Below, one piece after another: positions 46,817 to 56,235 of a DNA stretch of 64,000 bases. The notes beneath the pieces are model-generated. The model had not been told where the DNA came from, did no database searches, and was given only the letters and a program-made list of their open reading frames with translations. The stretch comes from a virus (taxonomy: Duplodnaviria > Caudoviricetes), in the IMG/VR virus record IMGVR_UViG_3300032245_001567, positions 2,140 through 66,139 of that record; one strand, given 5' to 3'. Within the stretch, counting starts at the first letter, position 1. The number at the start of each line of letters is the position of its first letter. Position numbers and translations under genes: made by a program.

Positions 46817-47794
46817 TTATAAACTACCACCTTTTTCGTATTTTCTTATATCATTGCTTCCCGTTAATTCATCTCTGAATAATAATTTCTCATCAGTTAA
46901 ATCAATCAACAAATAGGAAACTACTTTTTTAACTTGAGAATCAAAGGTATGTATTTCAACATATCCGCCAAGAATTTCGGCTATTTCTTCAGCCTCAGTT
47001 TCATTGTGGGTTTCGTGCAAATTTTCGCTATCATCATTTACTACGCGATAAACAACTTCATCTTCGGTAATAGTTGATGCATAAATAAGTACAATTGAAT
47101 CTGCTTTATCGTCTTCTCCTACGTATAAGATTTTACGAGAGACGTTCAATTTACGTCCTCTTTGTAAGTAAGAATAATCTTCATTAAGTTCAATCCCAAT
47201 TTTGTAAAATTGAGTTGAAATTCTTTCATAGAAGTAATTTAACAAACTATTTAAATTGAAGCCCTTAATTTCTTCCTTATTTGATTCAAAATCGCCAAGG
47301 TCATACAATGGTTTAAAATTTAAGATGTAATCCAACTTACTTTCCAAATCATCATCAGTTTGCCCCCCTTTAGCCATGATTTTCATTAAATTCCCCTTGG
47401 CTAATTTTAAATCTTTTAACCTCTTGTAGTAATTTGGATTTTCATATAAATGTGATGAAGCGATGTGTTGAGCCATCAAGTAATCATCCGTATGTTCAAG
47501 TTCATGGTCTGCACCCTCGTTTAAAAGTTTTTCAACTTCTTTTTTTGTGAGATTGTGTTTTTCTTGAATCTCTTTTGGGGTGAAATAAATTACACCATTG
47601 TAGGTTTTATTGCTATTAGGCGTATTATTTTCGGGGTTTCTCATTTCTATGCAATTTTCAGAAAGTGTGATATTTTTTGTTGTTAAATGATTATTTGCAA
47701 CAACATTAAAAGCATCTTGTAAATCCATAGAATCCCCAATTACAAAGGACTTTTCAACTCCTTCAGCCGTTTCAAATGTTGCAATAAACTTCAT
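46817..47794 (-). CDS. modular protein with DUF5661-like domain
   Basis: GADHELEHTDD...IASSHLYENPNYYKRL; MAKGG and YEKGG. Confidence 0.72.
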   Translation of the reverse strand: MKFIATFETAEGVEKSFVIGDSMDLQDAFNVVANNHLTTKNITLSENCIEMRNPENNTPNSNKTYNGVIYFTPKEIQEKHNLTKKEVEKLLNEGADHELEHTDDYLMAQHIASSHLYENPNYYKRLKDLKLAKGNLMKIMAKGGQTDDDLESKLDYILNFKPLYDLGDFESNKEEIKGFNLNSLLNYFYERISTQFYKIGIELNEDYSYLQRGRKLNVSRKILYVGEDDKADSIVLIYASTITEDEVVYRVVNDDSENLHETHNETEAEEIAEILGGYVEIHTFDSQVKKVVSYLLIDLTDEKLLFRDELTGSNDIRKYEKGGSL

Positions 47795-47829
47795 TGTTCA
47801 ATCTTTGCTCGTTAATCGGTTCTATCAAT

Positions 47830-47851
47830 TAACTTTGTTATGTCAAATATA
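47830..47851. promoter_or_regulatory. overlapping divergent promoters
   Basis: TAACTTTG (+, 47830-47837) and TATATTTG (-, 47844-47851). Confidence 0.6.
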
Positions 47852-47858
47852 GACAATT

Positions 47859-47966
47859 ATGAAAGATTTTTTCAACATCAACAGCGACAAGTGGTTGGGT
47901 GGCGTGAATGTTCACAACACTATCACCATTGCTCTACTCGCCTACTTAGTTTACAAATTGAAGTAA
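47859..47966 (+). CDS. 35-aa membrane microprotein, counter-oriented (not in ORF track)
   Basis: MKDFFNINSDKWLGGVNVHNTITIALLAYLVYKLK; C-ending codons; own promoter and terminator. Confidence 0.75.
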   Translation: MKDFFNINSDKWLGGVNVHNTITIALLAYLVYKLK

Positions 47967-48012
47967 TTCAATTTAAACAAGTTGGTCGTGCCTGAGCAAT
48001 GACATTCGTGAG

Positions 48013-48050
48013 TAGGGCTATCAACGGAATGTGGTTAGCCCTATTTTTTT
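48013..48050 (+). terminator. intrinsic terminator
   Basis: TAGGGCTA...TAGCCCTA plus T run. Confidence 0.8.
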
Positions 48051-49288
48051 TAAATGATGTTTTGAAATAGTTTTTTCCAACCCTCTGCAATCTTATCCCA
48101 ATCATAGACCATTAGCCCGTCTAAGTAGCAATCCAAATCAATTTTATCGCCTCTCTTATTAGCGTGGTAAACGCGTTTTAACACGTTGGCAACTGATATG
48201 GGGTTAGGTATTCTTCGGATATTTTCGCCATCAATTGGTTCGATATGGTCGAATAAGTCGTAAACTCCATACGGCAAATTAACTTCTTCGGCAATTTCGG
48301 CAAGGCTTGTATGGGAAGGAAATATGATTGGCAATTCTACCGCCATTGCTTCGGTGATGGTTAAACCCCATCCTTCTGCTCCCGTTGTGGTGATAAAACA
48401 ATCCAAGCAATTGTAGACTTCATTCATTTCTTCAATGGTATATCCTTTTCCTTCCTTGTAGGATTGTTTTGACGGGAAATACACATAATCCTCCAACTCC
48501 AAGTTTTGAATTACTTTAATGAGATTTACACCGCTCGAATCGGTTGGTGAGCAATGAAGATACAAGGCTACTTTATCTTCTTCTTGTAGAATCTTCAAGT
48601 AATCAACGAAATACTTGAACGCTATAATTGTACCCGCGATATTTTTACGGGGATTGTTCTTATTTATGTTCCCAAAAATCATCTTGTTTTTGGGCAGGTG
48701 ATATTTATCGCGAAGTGCTGATTTATCAACGCTTCCCAACGGATAAAAATCATTTCTATTTGCTCCATGGGGCAAAACTTGAATCTCTTGTTTTTCGCCA
48801 AGATATTTTTCAAGTTCTCCTTTCCCATAGTTGGTGTAAGTAACTAACAAATCCCAAAACCCCATGTCATTTAAGTACACGGGGTTGGGTTTGCTATCAA
48901 TCGCACAATAGAGAATGCTCTTGAATTTTTTCTTTTTGGCTTTCTGAATACTTTTTAGAACTCCCATCATTGGGCTAAACACGGGGATGTCGTTAACCGC
49001 CCAAACATAATCGTAATCAAAATCATTCAACTTTTTCAAAAAACCATCGCGAAACCATAAGTCATTTAGGTTCTTGGCGTATTTCTTGGCACTATAAACA
49101 AGTGTTTCGATTCCGCCAATATTCATTTTCTTATCTTCTCCGAAATAGTTCAAAGCATGAATGTGTACTTCGATATTATTTTCCGCGAAAAACGGCATCA
49201 AACGCTCCATAAGGTTCTCAGCAACGGAGGCTAATCCCGTATGGGTCGCATAATCCATGTACGCTAATAAGTATTTCCTCTTTGCCAT
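48050..49288 (-). CDS. glycosyltransferase, GT4 (GT-B)
   Basis: TGLASV, PHG, NKNNPRKN, EGWGLTITEAMA. Confidence 0.9.
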   Translation of the reverse strand: MAKRKYLLAYMDYATHTGLASVAENLMERLMPFFAENNIEVHIHALNYFGEDKKMNIGGIETLVYSAKKYAKNLNDLWFRDGFLKKLNDFDYDYVWAVNDIPVFSPMMGVLKSIQKAKKKKFKSILYCAIDSKPNPVYLNDMGFWDLLVTYTNYGKGELEKYLGEKQEIQVLPHGANRNDFYPLGSVDKSALRDKYHLPKNKMIFGNINKNNPRKNIAGTIIAFKYFVDYLKILQEEDKVALYLHCSPTDSSGVNLIKVIQNLELEDYVYFPSKQSYKEGKGYTIEEMNEVYNCLDCFITTTGAEGWGLTITEAMAVELPIIFPSHTSLAEIAEEVNLPYGVYDLFDHIEPIDGENIRRIPNPISVANVLKRVYHANKRGDKIDLDCYLDGLMVYDWDKIAEGWKKLFQNII

Positions 49289-49289
49289 T

Positions 49290-49616
49290 TTACTTCAATA
49301 ATTCCAATTTTGGTTTCGCAGGTTCAATTTGAACATTAGAAACGGCAAATTTGATGTTGTTTGCTTCGCAATTTTGGCAATAAAACAAATTGCCATCTTG
49401 TACACCGATAATTGCTCTTGAACAATGCGTAGAGCACAATTCGTATTCTTTCGCATATTGCCCCTCAATTTGAGTAGGCACTAATTGAGAAGGCACTTTG
49501 TGGCACTTAACTGCTTGTCCATCTTTTAACAAGATTTTTACCTCTTTAAATTGCTTCAACGGGTGGTTAGTGATTTCATACTTGTGGATGAATTCAATTG
49601 GTTTATTTTCAGACAT
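49290..49616 (-). CDS. Cys-rich hypothetical protein
   Basis: CH...CSTHC...CQNC. Confidence 0.65.
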   Translation of the reverse strand: MSENKPIEFIHKYEITNHPLKQFKEVKILLKDGQAVKCHKVPSQLVPTQIEGQYAKEYELCSTHCSRAIIGVQDGNLFYCQNCEANNIKFAVSNVQIEPAKPKLELLK

Positions 49617-49622
49617 AAGATT

Positions 49623-49979
49623 TTATTTTAAAAGGTTAATTACTTCTACGAAATGTTTGCATTTCTTCTTTTCTAATTCATACAATTGCCAAAAAGGAAC
49701 AAGTAATGGGTGTCTCTTTGTTTCTATGTTTTTAGTTTCACCATAAATCCACCCATTATGACTTTTCTCATTAAGCCAATAATTGTGAGAATTTTCGGGA
49801 GTTGGATTTGATTCTAAACAATAAAATACTTGTTTAAAAATGTAATGCTTTTCAACTTTATCTAATTCATCCCATGGTGACTGCGCTAAATTATCGTTTG
49901 TTTCTCCCCATATCCTCGTTGATTCGTAGGCGATTTTTGCAATAAAACCGACCAAAAGACCATTTTCAACTTGACTCAT
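49623..49979 (-). CDS. RyR-domain protein
   Basis: PENSHNYWL..K...GWIYG..KN...KRHPLLVPF.QL. Confidence 0.8.
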   Translation of the reverse strand: MSQVENGLLVGFIAKIAYESTRIWGETNDNLAQSPWDELDKVEKHYIFKQVFYCLESNPTPENSHNYWLNEKSHNGWIYGETKNIETKRHPLLVPFWQLYELEKKKCKHFVEVINLLK

Positions 49980-50227
49980 TTCAATCCTTTAGCGATTCCT
50001 TTTACCGCATACATTTGTGCCGTCTCTAACTCAGTCATGGCGATTGAAAAACATCTTTTTGCTTCTCCGTCTTCTGTTGCCACAAGTTCGTTATTACAAT
50101 AGTCAATAGCGTCAGCCATCATACGTTTGAATGTTCCAATCTTATCATCGCTTGATGGATTGAAATTAATGTGACATCTCTTTTCTCCGAGTGTCATCGG
50201 TCTTTGTGGTGGTGTTTGGTCTTCCAT
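49976..50227 (-). CDS. Acb2/Tad1-like helical hairpin protein (candidate nucleotide sponge)
   Basis: FNPS...KRCFSIAMTELETAQMYAVKGIA. Confidence 0.65.
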   Translation of the reverse strand: MEDQTPPQRPMTLGEKRCHINFNPSSDDKIGTFKRMMADAIDYCNNELVATEDGEAKRCFSIAMTELETAQMYAVKGIAKGLK

Positions 50228-50238
50228 ATTTTTTAAAA

Positions 50239-50877
50239 TTAGTCTATGTTTTCTTCTCTTTTAAAAGGGGTGGACATAACATTATATGTCCAATCGGGGT
50301 TAGTTGCTTTTTTGTATAATGAAGTCATCGCCATCATTTCTTTAATCATCTCGAAATCATGCCCATACGAACCCGTTTGTGGGGGTAATTCTTTAAAAAA
50401 ATCGGTTTTTATGCATAATTCTGCGTGACCAATTAATCCTTGAGAAAGTTGTGAATCCCTTATTAAACCTAAAGCACTATTGAATACATTGTAGTAAACA
50501 AAATCAAAATCAGTATTCTCGATTTCGCTTAAATAATGTTGAAAGTGATAGTTCTTGATACAATCATCGTTATCAATGAAGCATAGGTATTTCCCATTGG
50601 CTAAAATCTTCATCAGATTTCTAACGTAATAGCCGAACCCACCGCGATTTGAATAAAGATTCCAAGCATGGAAATAATTGCCTTTTTGGCGTTCCTGCTC
50701 GATTAAATTCATCATCTTGCCACTATCCAATAACTCTTGAAAATATGCGCAATGGTCTCCAATAAGAAATACTTCAAAATCATTGATTGTTTGATTGCAC
50801 AATTGCTCAATCAATCGTTGCGTTCTTTGCGGTCTGCCATAAATGGGGACAACCGCAGTAATCCTTGGGGTTATCAT
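50239..50877 (-). CDS. glycosyltransferase, GT2
   Basis: VVPIYGR, IGD, FIDNDD, HD. Confidence 0.85.
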   Translation of the reverse strand: MITPRITAVVPIYGRPQRTQRLIEQLCNQTINDFEVFLIGDHCAYFQELLDSGKMMNLIEQERQKGNYFHAWNLYSNRGGFGYYVRNLMKILANGKYLCFIDNDDCIKNYHFQHYLSEIENTDFDFVYYNVFNSALGLIRDSQLSQGLIGHAELCIKTDFFKELPPQTGSYGHDFEMIKEMMAMTSLYKKATNPDWTYNVMSTPFKREENID

Positions 50878-51500
50878 CTTATGAAAATTAAATTTTCAGC
50901 ATTTTTTTGATGAAATTTCATTCCAAAAGAAAGAACGTATTTGAACATTTTTGCTTGTAGCAACAAATCGCTATTGTACTCAACACATAAGCATTGGCAA
51001 TTTACTTCGTTCAAGTCAATCATGTTCAGAATAATCCAATCCATACCCTCGGCATCGATTGAGATAAATTCATAATTTTGATTCTTTCTTGTGGCTCTAA
51101 AATCGCTCCAAGTAATGAAGTCTGCACTAATCTCTTTGAACTTAACATCATCACCCCATTTTTTGGTTTCTTCTTCATCCAAAGAGGAATACAAACACAC
51201 ATCTTCGCCATTTTTGTAACCACCACTCTCGTAAAATCTCTTTTCACCATTGAATAACGCTAATCCATAATTCAAGCATTCAACTTTTTCGTTGTCTTTG
51301 TGCAATTCCTGAAGCAATGCAAACGCTTTAGGGCTTGGTTCAAACAATACGCCATTCCATCCATTTTCAATCAAATGCAAGGAATTGGAGAAAGTCTTGC
51401 CATCATTAGCCCCAATGTCCAATAATGTGAAATTTGTGGTGTCCTTGCCTTGAAAATATTGGGCAACTATTTGGTCTTCGTTGTTCTGCGAATAAAACAT
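50874..51500 (-). CDS. FkbM-family methyltransferase
   Basis: YSQNNED, LDIGANDG, FEP, SIDAEG. Confidence 0.9.
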   Translation of the reverse strand: MFYSQNNEDQIVAQYFQGKDTTNFTLLDIGANDGKTFSNSLHLIENGWNGVLFEPSPKAFALLQELHKDNEKVECLNYGLALFNGEKRFYESGGYKNGEDVCLYSSLDEEETKKWGDDVKFKEISADFITWSDFRATRKNQNYEFISIDAEGMDWIILNMIDLNEVNCQCLCVEYNSDLLLQAKMFKYVLSFGMKFHQKNAENLIFIR

Positions 51501-51502
51501 AA

Positions 51503-52084
51503 TTAACTTCTAAAAACGTCAAACTTTGAGAAAATTTCCTCGCTTACAAATTCCGTGTCTTCTCTCTTACGAAGAACACAACTCACATTGCCACCATCGG
51601 TAATATTACCCATCGCATATTCGGTAACAAGTTCAAGGATTTCATATCCCATAGCATCTGCTAATTGGCGATAAAAGTTTTCATTGAGGTAATTGCACCC
51701 GTGACCAATCCAATGACCCGTCATAGGGTTCTCGTGAATCATAATACCACCAACCTTACAAGCATCGTGGATGTTTTTTCTTGCTTGATAGTAATTACCA
51801 TCAACGTGCTCGGTTGTACCGAAATCAGTTACAACATCAAAAGCATTGTGATAAGCCTCGTCAATAGGCTCTCTCAAGTCTACAATTTTTGAATTTTGGC
51901 AACCAAGGATATCCCAAGTTTCCATATTTACGCCAAATCTCTTTGGCAATTCATTCAATGAAATTGACATTTCATCATAACCCTGAACGTAGATGTTTTG
52001 ACATCCCAATTCAAGCATTCTCTTTGAAGGATGAAGGCATTCAAAACGCTTCATTCTATCTAAACTTAAATGTGTTATTCCCAT
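51503..52084 (-). CDS. SAM-dependent methyltransferase (start revised)
   Basis: MLELGCQ, FDVVTDFGTTEHV, KVGG. Confidence 0.8.
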   Translation of the reverse strand: MGITHLSLDRMKRFECLHPSKRMLELGCQNIYVQGYDEMSISLNELPKRFGVNMETWDILGCQNSKIVDLREPIDEAYHNAFDVVTDFGTTEHVDGNYYQARKNIHDACKVGGIMIHENPMTGHWIGHGCNYLNENFYRQLADAMGYEILELVTEYAMGNITDGGNVSCVLRKREDTEFVSEEIFSKFDVFRS

Positions 52085-52089
52085 AATAT

Positions 52090-52785
52090 TTATGCTAATC
52101 CTTGTGCGAAAAAACATACCGAATCATTGTTCGGTACTTTATTATCATCGGTAACGTATTGCAAGTAATCTTGACCACTCTGCAATTTCATACCTAATTG
52201 GTGGCGAATAATGCTACCACAACTCATATCGTGTCTATGACCCATACAACGCTCATCTTGGCTCTCGGTCTTATCATTATTTGACCATTCACCTTTGAAC
52301 ATCCCATCCATCATAGATTGCTTCCATTTATTGAAAAATTCATTGGCAATTTCAGTCGTGAAATCTAAGCCAAGGAATCCCGCATTGCCATACATCATGA
52401 TATTCATGGCTTCATCTCGTGAAACACCAAAATAATCCAATGCTCTATCGTTTGTCCATGTACCAACCATGTGACCCGCTTCTTGGCAGATATACCCATC
52501 GGCATCCATTACCTCAAATACTTTCATCACATTTTTGATAGCCCAAACGCTACAATCTACCCATAAGATTTGCTCAAAACCATGTCTTTTGATTTCCTCG
52601 AATGCACACACCTTGAACGCATAAGGGTTTTCTTTGTGTGAAGGAGCGTGTACTTCATGCTCAAAACCATAAAGATAAACGCTTCCAACAAAGTTATTGT
52701 TAATTTCTAAACTTGAACGTAATCTTTCTCTTCCCCTCATGTAACTTTCAGTACCCAAGGAGATTATCGCTCTCTTCTTGCTCAT
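52090..52785 (-). CDS. GT-A-fold glycosyltransferase-like protein
   Basis: PYAFK, ILWVDCS, HRHDMS. Confidence 0.7.
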   Translation of the reverse strand: MSKKRAIISLGTESYMRGRERLRSSLEINNNFVGSVYLYGFEHEVHAPSHKENPYAFKVCAFEEIKRHGFEQILWVDCSVWAIKNVMKVFEVMDADGYICQEAGHMVGTWTNDRALDYFGVSRDEAMNIMMYGNAGFLGLDFTTEIANEFFNKWKQSMMDGMFKGEWSNNDKTESQDERCMGHRHDMSCGSIIRHQLGMKLQSGQDYLQYVTDDNKVPNNDSVCFFAQGLA

Positions 52786-53342
52786 TTGTCGTTGATGAAT
52801 TTATAGTGATAAATCGGCTTTTCTATTTTAGCCTCTTTTTTCAGGTGTTTCTTAATTCTTTCTGAGTATTCTTTGTCCTCTGCATAGGTGATGTTCGGAA
52901 ATCTACAAACTTTCGCTATAGAAGCCAAAACGGGCGAAATATGGTTAGGAGTTCTGAAATACTTTTCGGTTGTTTCATACCACTCTTTGTTATCAATAGA
53001 AATATTCCATGGCTTCTCCCTAAGCCCGTCAAAAGTGATAATTCCATTGATACCTATACAATCTACGTCTGAGTTGTTTTTAATCGCATCATTGATGAGG
53101 AAAACGTATTCTGAATCAATTTCATCATCATCATCAATGAATACTACAAATTTTCCCGTAGATTCATCTAATAGCAAATTTCTCTTGTATCCCGTAGTTA
53201 TATCCGTTCTCCAATTCCAAAGTACTTCAACCTCTTCTTCAAGATTATTTGTTTTGATTTGAGAAAACAAATTTTCCAATAATACATCAAACATCGCCTT
53301 TCGTTTAGGCAACGTGCAAATCAATATGGATAGGTTTTTCAT
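52782..53342 (-). CDS. glycosyltransferase, GT2
   Basis: LSILICT, GYKRN, FIDDDD, ED. Confidence 0.88.
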   Translation of the reverse strand: MKNLSILICTLPKRKAMFDVLLENLFSQIKTNNLEEEVEVLWNWRTDITTGYKRNLLLDESTGKFVVFIDDDDEIDSEYVFLINDAIKNNSDVDCIGINGIITFDGLREKPWNISIDNKEWYETTEKYFRTPNHISPVLASIAKVCRFPNITYAEDKEYSERIKKHLKKEAKIEKPIYHYKFINDK

Positions 53343-54058
53343 ATATAAAACATTTCTCTTGGTAAACGAGATTGGATTTCTTCGGCTTTCAAATCAAAGT
53401 CCTTTTCAAACCTTGTCCTGAAGCAATCTTTACCTTGATTCCATGTGCCATCATTCTTTGAGGAAATGCTATCCTTTGGAGTTAAATTAATCGAATGATG
53501 TAAGTGCTTAAAAACACAATCATCACCTTGTAAATCAACAATCTTGCCCAACATCTCTCCTACGGCAGTCATTTCGGTATCACACCACAAATGAATGTAA
53601 TCGGGATGGTAGATGTAGCCAAATCGATTATAGTAGGCTCTATCCATGATTGGAAGTGTAACTAACCAATTTCGGTTGCTATTATTGTATCCATCGCTTG
53701 TGCGAACTAAGTAATCTTCTTTGCCCTCTAAAGATTTGAGCAAATAATCATCCCATCCTTCAAAACAATCAAAATCATCGCTAACTACTACCAACAAATT
53801 ACCACGGCAACTTTTAGCACAATTGTTTATGGCTTCGATTGCAGATTTGTTATTGTTGTAATCGATAATAACTGATTCATCTCCTCTGAAGATAGAATTA
53901 TATTCGGAAGTCATTGGGTCATCGTTGTCCAAAGACAAACGATATTCAATATTTTCTTTGTGGATAGCACTTGACATCCACTTCTTTTGAGTTTTAAACG
54001 CAAGTTCAGGTCTTTGCCTACTTGGGTGAATAATGGAAATTAAAATCTTGTCGTTCAT
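53339..54058 (-). CDS. glycosyltransferase, GT2-like
   Basis: HPSRQRP, LDNDD, VSDD, WCDTE. Confidence 0.8.
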   Translation of the reverse strand: MNDKILISIIHPSRQRPELAFKTQKKWMSSAIHKENIEYRLSLDNDDPMTSEYNSIFRGDESVIIDYNNNKSAIEAINNCAKSCRGNLLVVVSDDFDCFEGWDDYLLKSLEGKEDYLVRTSDGYNNSNRNWLVTLPIMDRAYYNRFGYIYHPDYIHLWCDTEMTAVGEMLGKIVDLQGDDCVFKHLHHSINLTPKDSISSKNDGTWNQGKDCFRTRFEKDFDLKAEEIQSRLPREMFYI

Positions 54059-54062
54059 TGTT

Positions 54063-54752
54063 CTATTTGAAAATTATAAAAAACGGCAAAAGGAAACCTA
54101 TGCCAAAAGCCAATCCCCTTGATTTGTACCATGGGGTTTTAGGTTCAAATTGCGTATTTTTTAGTTTTGTTATTTTTGAATGTGGGTTATCACTAACTAC
54201 CTCAACCTCATACTTATCTCGTTTAAAAAAACCGCCCTTTGTTACGCCCGTGGTGATAGTAAGTGTATTTGGGATGCTCAAAGAGTCAATAACTAAGTTT
54301 TTAAGCCCTACCTTGCCCTTAATTGAAAAAAATGTATCGTTTTTGGAGAATGGCAGAGGTACTTTCACAAAATATGCTCGATTTAAGGTATCGATATATT
54401 GAATTACTTGAACTTCGTATGGAACTTTTACTTCTTTAATGATAGTATTTGTGCCAACTTGAGTTTGATTTTTGATTGTTTTGAAATCTTTGATTGTTTT
54501 TACCAACTTCATGTTCTCATCATTTAACTCAAGAATTCGTTGCTCTTGAATGGCGAATTGTTGATTGGATTTGTCCTTGTGAATTTTGAAGGTTTGGTCT
54601 TTCAATTCAACTTGGGCAAGAACTTCTTCCACCTGAGATTTTGTGTGGCAATATGCGAATAACAAACAAATGATAATAAATGATATTATCACGTTCTTGA
54701 CAAGCAATAATGGATTAGTTTCAGGCGATTTCGTCGATGGTGCAGATTTCAT
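54063..54752 (-). CDS. membrane-anchored coiled-coil protein, possible spanin-like lysis protein
   Basis: N-terminal TM, coiled coil, beta region with DNP, C-terminal KTPWY plus hydrophobic tail. Confidence 0.5.
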   Translation of the reverse strand: MKSAPSTKSPETNPLLLVKNVIISFIIICLLFAYCHTKSQVEEVLAQVELKDQTFKIHKDKSNQQFAIQEQRILELNDENMKLVKTIKDFKTIKNQTQVGTNTIIKEVKVPYEVQVIQYIDTLNRAYFVKVPLPFSKNDTFFSIKGKVGLKNLVIDSLSIPNTLTITTGVTKGGFFKRDKYEVEVVSDNPHSKITKLKNTQFEPKTPWYKSRGLAFGIGFLLPFFIIFK

Positions 54753-54963
54753 AAAATAGCATATTAAGTTTGTTTAACTTGGCAACGGCTAATGCGCAAT
54801 CATCTAAGTTAAATGTATGTGCTTCAAAGATACTTTTCGTAAGTTTATAAACAAGCGTATGCTCATCAAAATCACTCAAATATCCTATGAAAAACGCCCC
54901 TTTGTCATGCGATTGAAAAGGGTCTACTTTGTTTTTCTTGATGACGTACTTCTTATCTTCCAT
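54721..54963 (-). CDS. hypothetical protein
   Basis: Coupled ORF. Confidence 0.6.
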   Translation of the reverse strand: MEDKKYVIKKNKVDPFQSHDKGAFFIGYLSDFDEHTLVYKLTKSIFEAHTFNLDDCALAVAKLNKLNMLFYEICTIDEIA

Positions 54964-55189
54964 GAAAAGGGAAAATGATATAAATCAAAAACGCTATTTC
55001 CAACGTAAACATAAACATCAACACGGCATTTGATTTGTCTAAATACAAATCATACTCATCGTCATTATAATCAAAATTGCCGTTTTTGAACAAGTGGTTC
55101 AGAAAAAAAGGAATTGAAACGATAACATAGATTGGAAATACCAATATGTAAAAAAACAATTGTTCAAGTAATTCTAAAAAATTTCTCAT
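54953..55189 (-). CDS. two-TM small protein
   Basis: Two hydrophobic segments. Confidence 0.6.
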   Translation of the reverse strand: MRNFLELLEQLFFYILVFPIYVIVSIPFFLNHLFKNGNFDYNDDEYDLYLDKSNAVLMFMFTLEIAFLIYIIFPFHGR

Positions 55190-55192
55190 GGT

Positions 55193-55852
55193 TTATAAAT
55201 TGGGTACGATTCTTTCAAAAGGGGTTGTAAATAATTCTTCGCCAGGAGCACCACCCCATTTTTGGATGTAGTACCTTCTGCACTTGTAAACATTGTCGTA
55301 AAGTGTGCTATCTTTTTCGCCACTTTGAGATAGCCTCAAAACTTCGGGCTTCAAAAAATCTGAATCTAACTTCCTCATGCCCATTAGTTGTAAACGATAG
55401 GTATAGTCGTTGTCTTCGTAGTATGCAGGAAAAAAGTTTGAATCAAATTCGCCAACTTTTAGAAAAGTTTCAATTGGCAAAATGAAAGAATAATACCCAC
55501 CGCCCGTGTAAAAGTCTGCGGGGTTTTCCATCATCCAATCTTCAATTTCGTATGGGTCTTTCTTTACAATCACATCATCATTTAAAATCATAATATGAGA
55601 ATAACCCAAACGCATTAAGTAGGTAGCAATTTTATTCCAAGAGGCAGCAACACCAATATTGCTATGGCGATTGAAAACTCTGAAATAAGGGTAATCTTGT
55701 TCAATCCCTTGATTGCCATTGTCCACGATGTACATATGGCGATGCCTCCATGTTTTACGATAGACGGCAAGGGCTTCTTCTAACAAGTCCTTTCTATTAA
55801 TGGTCGGTATTCCTAAAGCAAGTGTTGGTCGCGTTGTCATTTTATGATTCAA
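55193..55852 (-). CDS. glycosyltransferase, GT2
   Basis: VDNG, NIGVAASWN, LNDD, FDSNFFPAYYEDND. Confidence 0.9.
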   Translation of the reverse strand: MNHKMTTRPTLALGIPTINRKDLLEEALAVYRKTWRHRHMYIVDNGNQGIEQDYPYFRVFNRHSNIGVAASWNKIATYLMRLGYSHIMILNDDVIVKKDPYEIEDWMMENPADFYTGGGYYSFILPIETFLKVGEFDSNFFPAYYEDNDYTYRLQLMGMRKLDSDFLKPEVLRLSQSGEKDSTLYDNVYKCRRYYIQKWGGAPGEELFTTPFERIVPNL

Positions 55853-56192
55853 TTAATTCGCCCGTATCGGTGTCAATCATACCATCATCTGATTCTATGG
55901 TATTTTGCCCGAATAAGTTATTTTGGTTTTTCTCAAGGATTTCCATCTTTTCGATAACCAAATTTGTAAAGTATCGGTTGTTGCTCTTTTTACAAATGGG
56001 GACAAACCAAATACGGACTTTATCGCCTTCTTGGTAAATCTTAGTATCACAACATCCACGTCTCCATTCCCCCCTTAAACTAAAAACTACGGGCATAATC
56101 ATCCCTCTCACCTTTTTCTTCATGATGAGAGTTGCGAAATATTCGTTATCGCAAATAATTTCTGAGATTTTGCCTTCCGCTTTAATTATCAT
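55842..56192 (-). CDS. OB-fold protein, DUF3127/SSB-like
   Basis: GKI...EGDKVRIWF...RYFTNL; acidic tail. Confidence 0.55.
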   Translation of the reverse strand: MIIKAEGKISEIICDNEYFATLIMKKKVRGMIMPVVFSLRGEWRRGCCDTKIYQEGDKVRIWFVPICKKSNNRYFTNLVIEKMEILEKNQNNLFGQNTIESDDGMIDTDTGELIES

Positions 56193-56202
56193 ACTTTATT
56201 CA

Positions 56203-56210
56203 CAAAAATA
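56203..56210 (-). promoter_or_regulatory. promoter -7 element
   Basis: TATTTTTG. Confidence 0.55.
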
Positions 56211-56235
56211 AACATTTCACACCATTAATCCAATT

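Noticed and set aside
47983-48050. Resemblance to a pistol ribozyme or pseudoknot (CGTG..TAGGGC...GCCCTA; ACATTC/GAATGT)
   Set aside because: Lacks the downstream conserved pistol elements and ends in a T run; a terminator explains it. An Rfam scan would settle it
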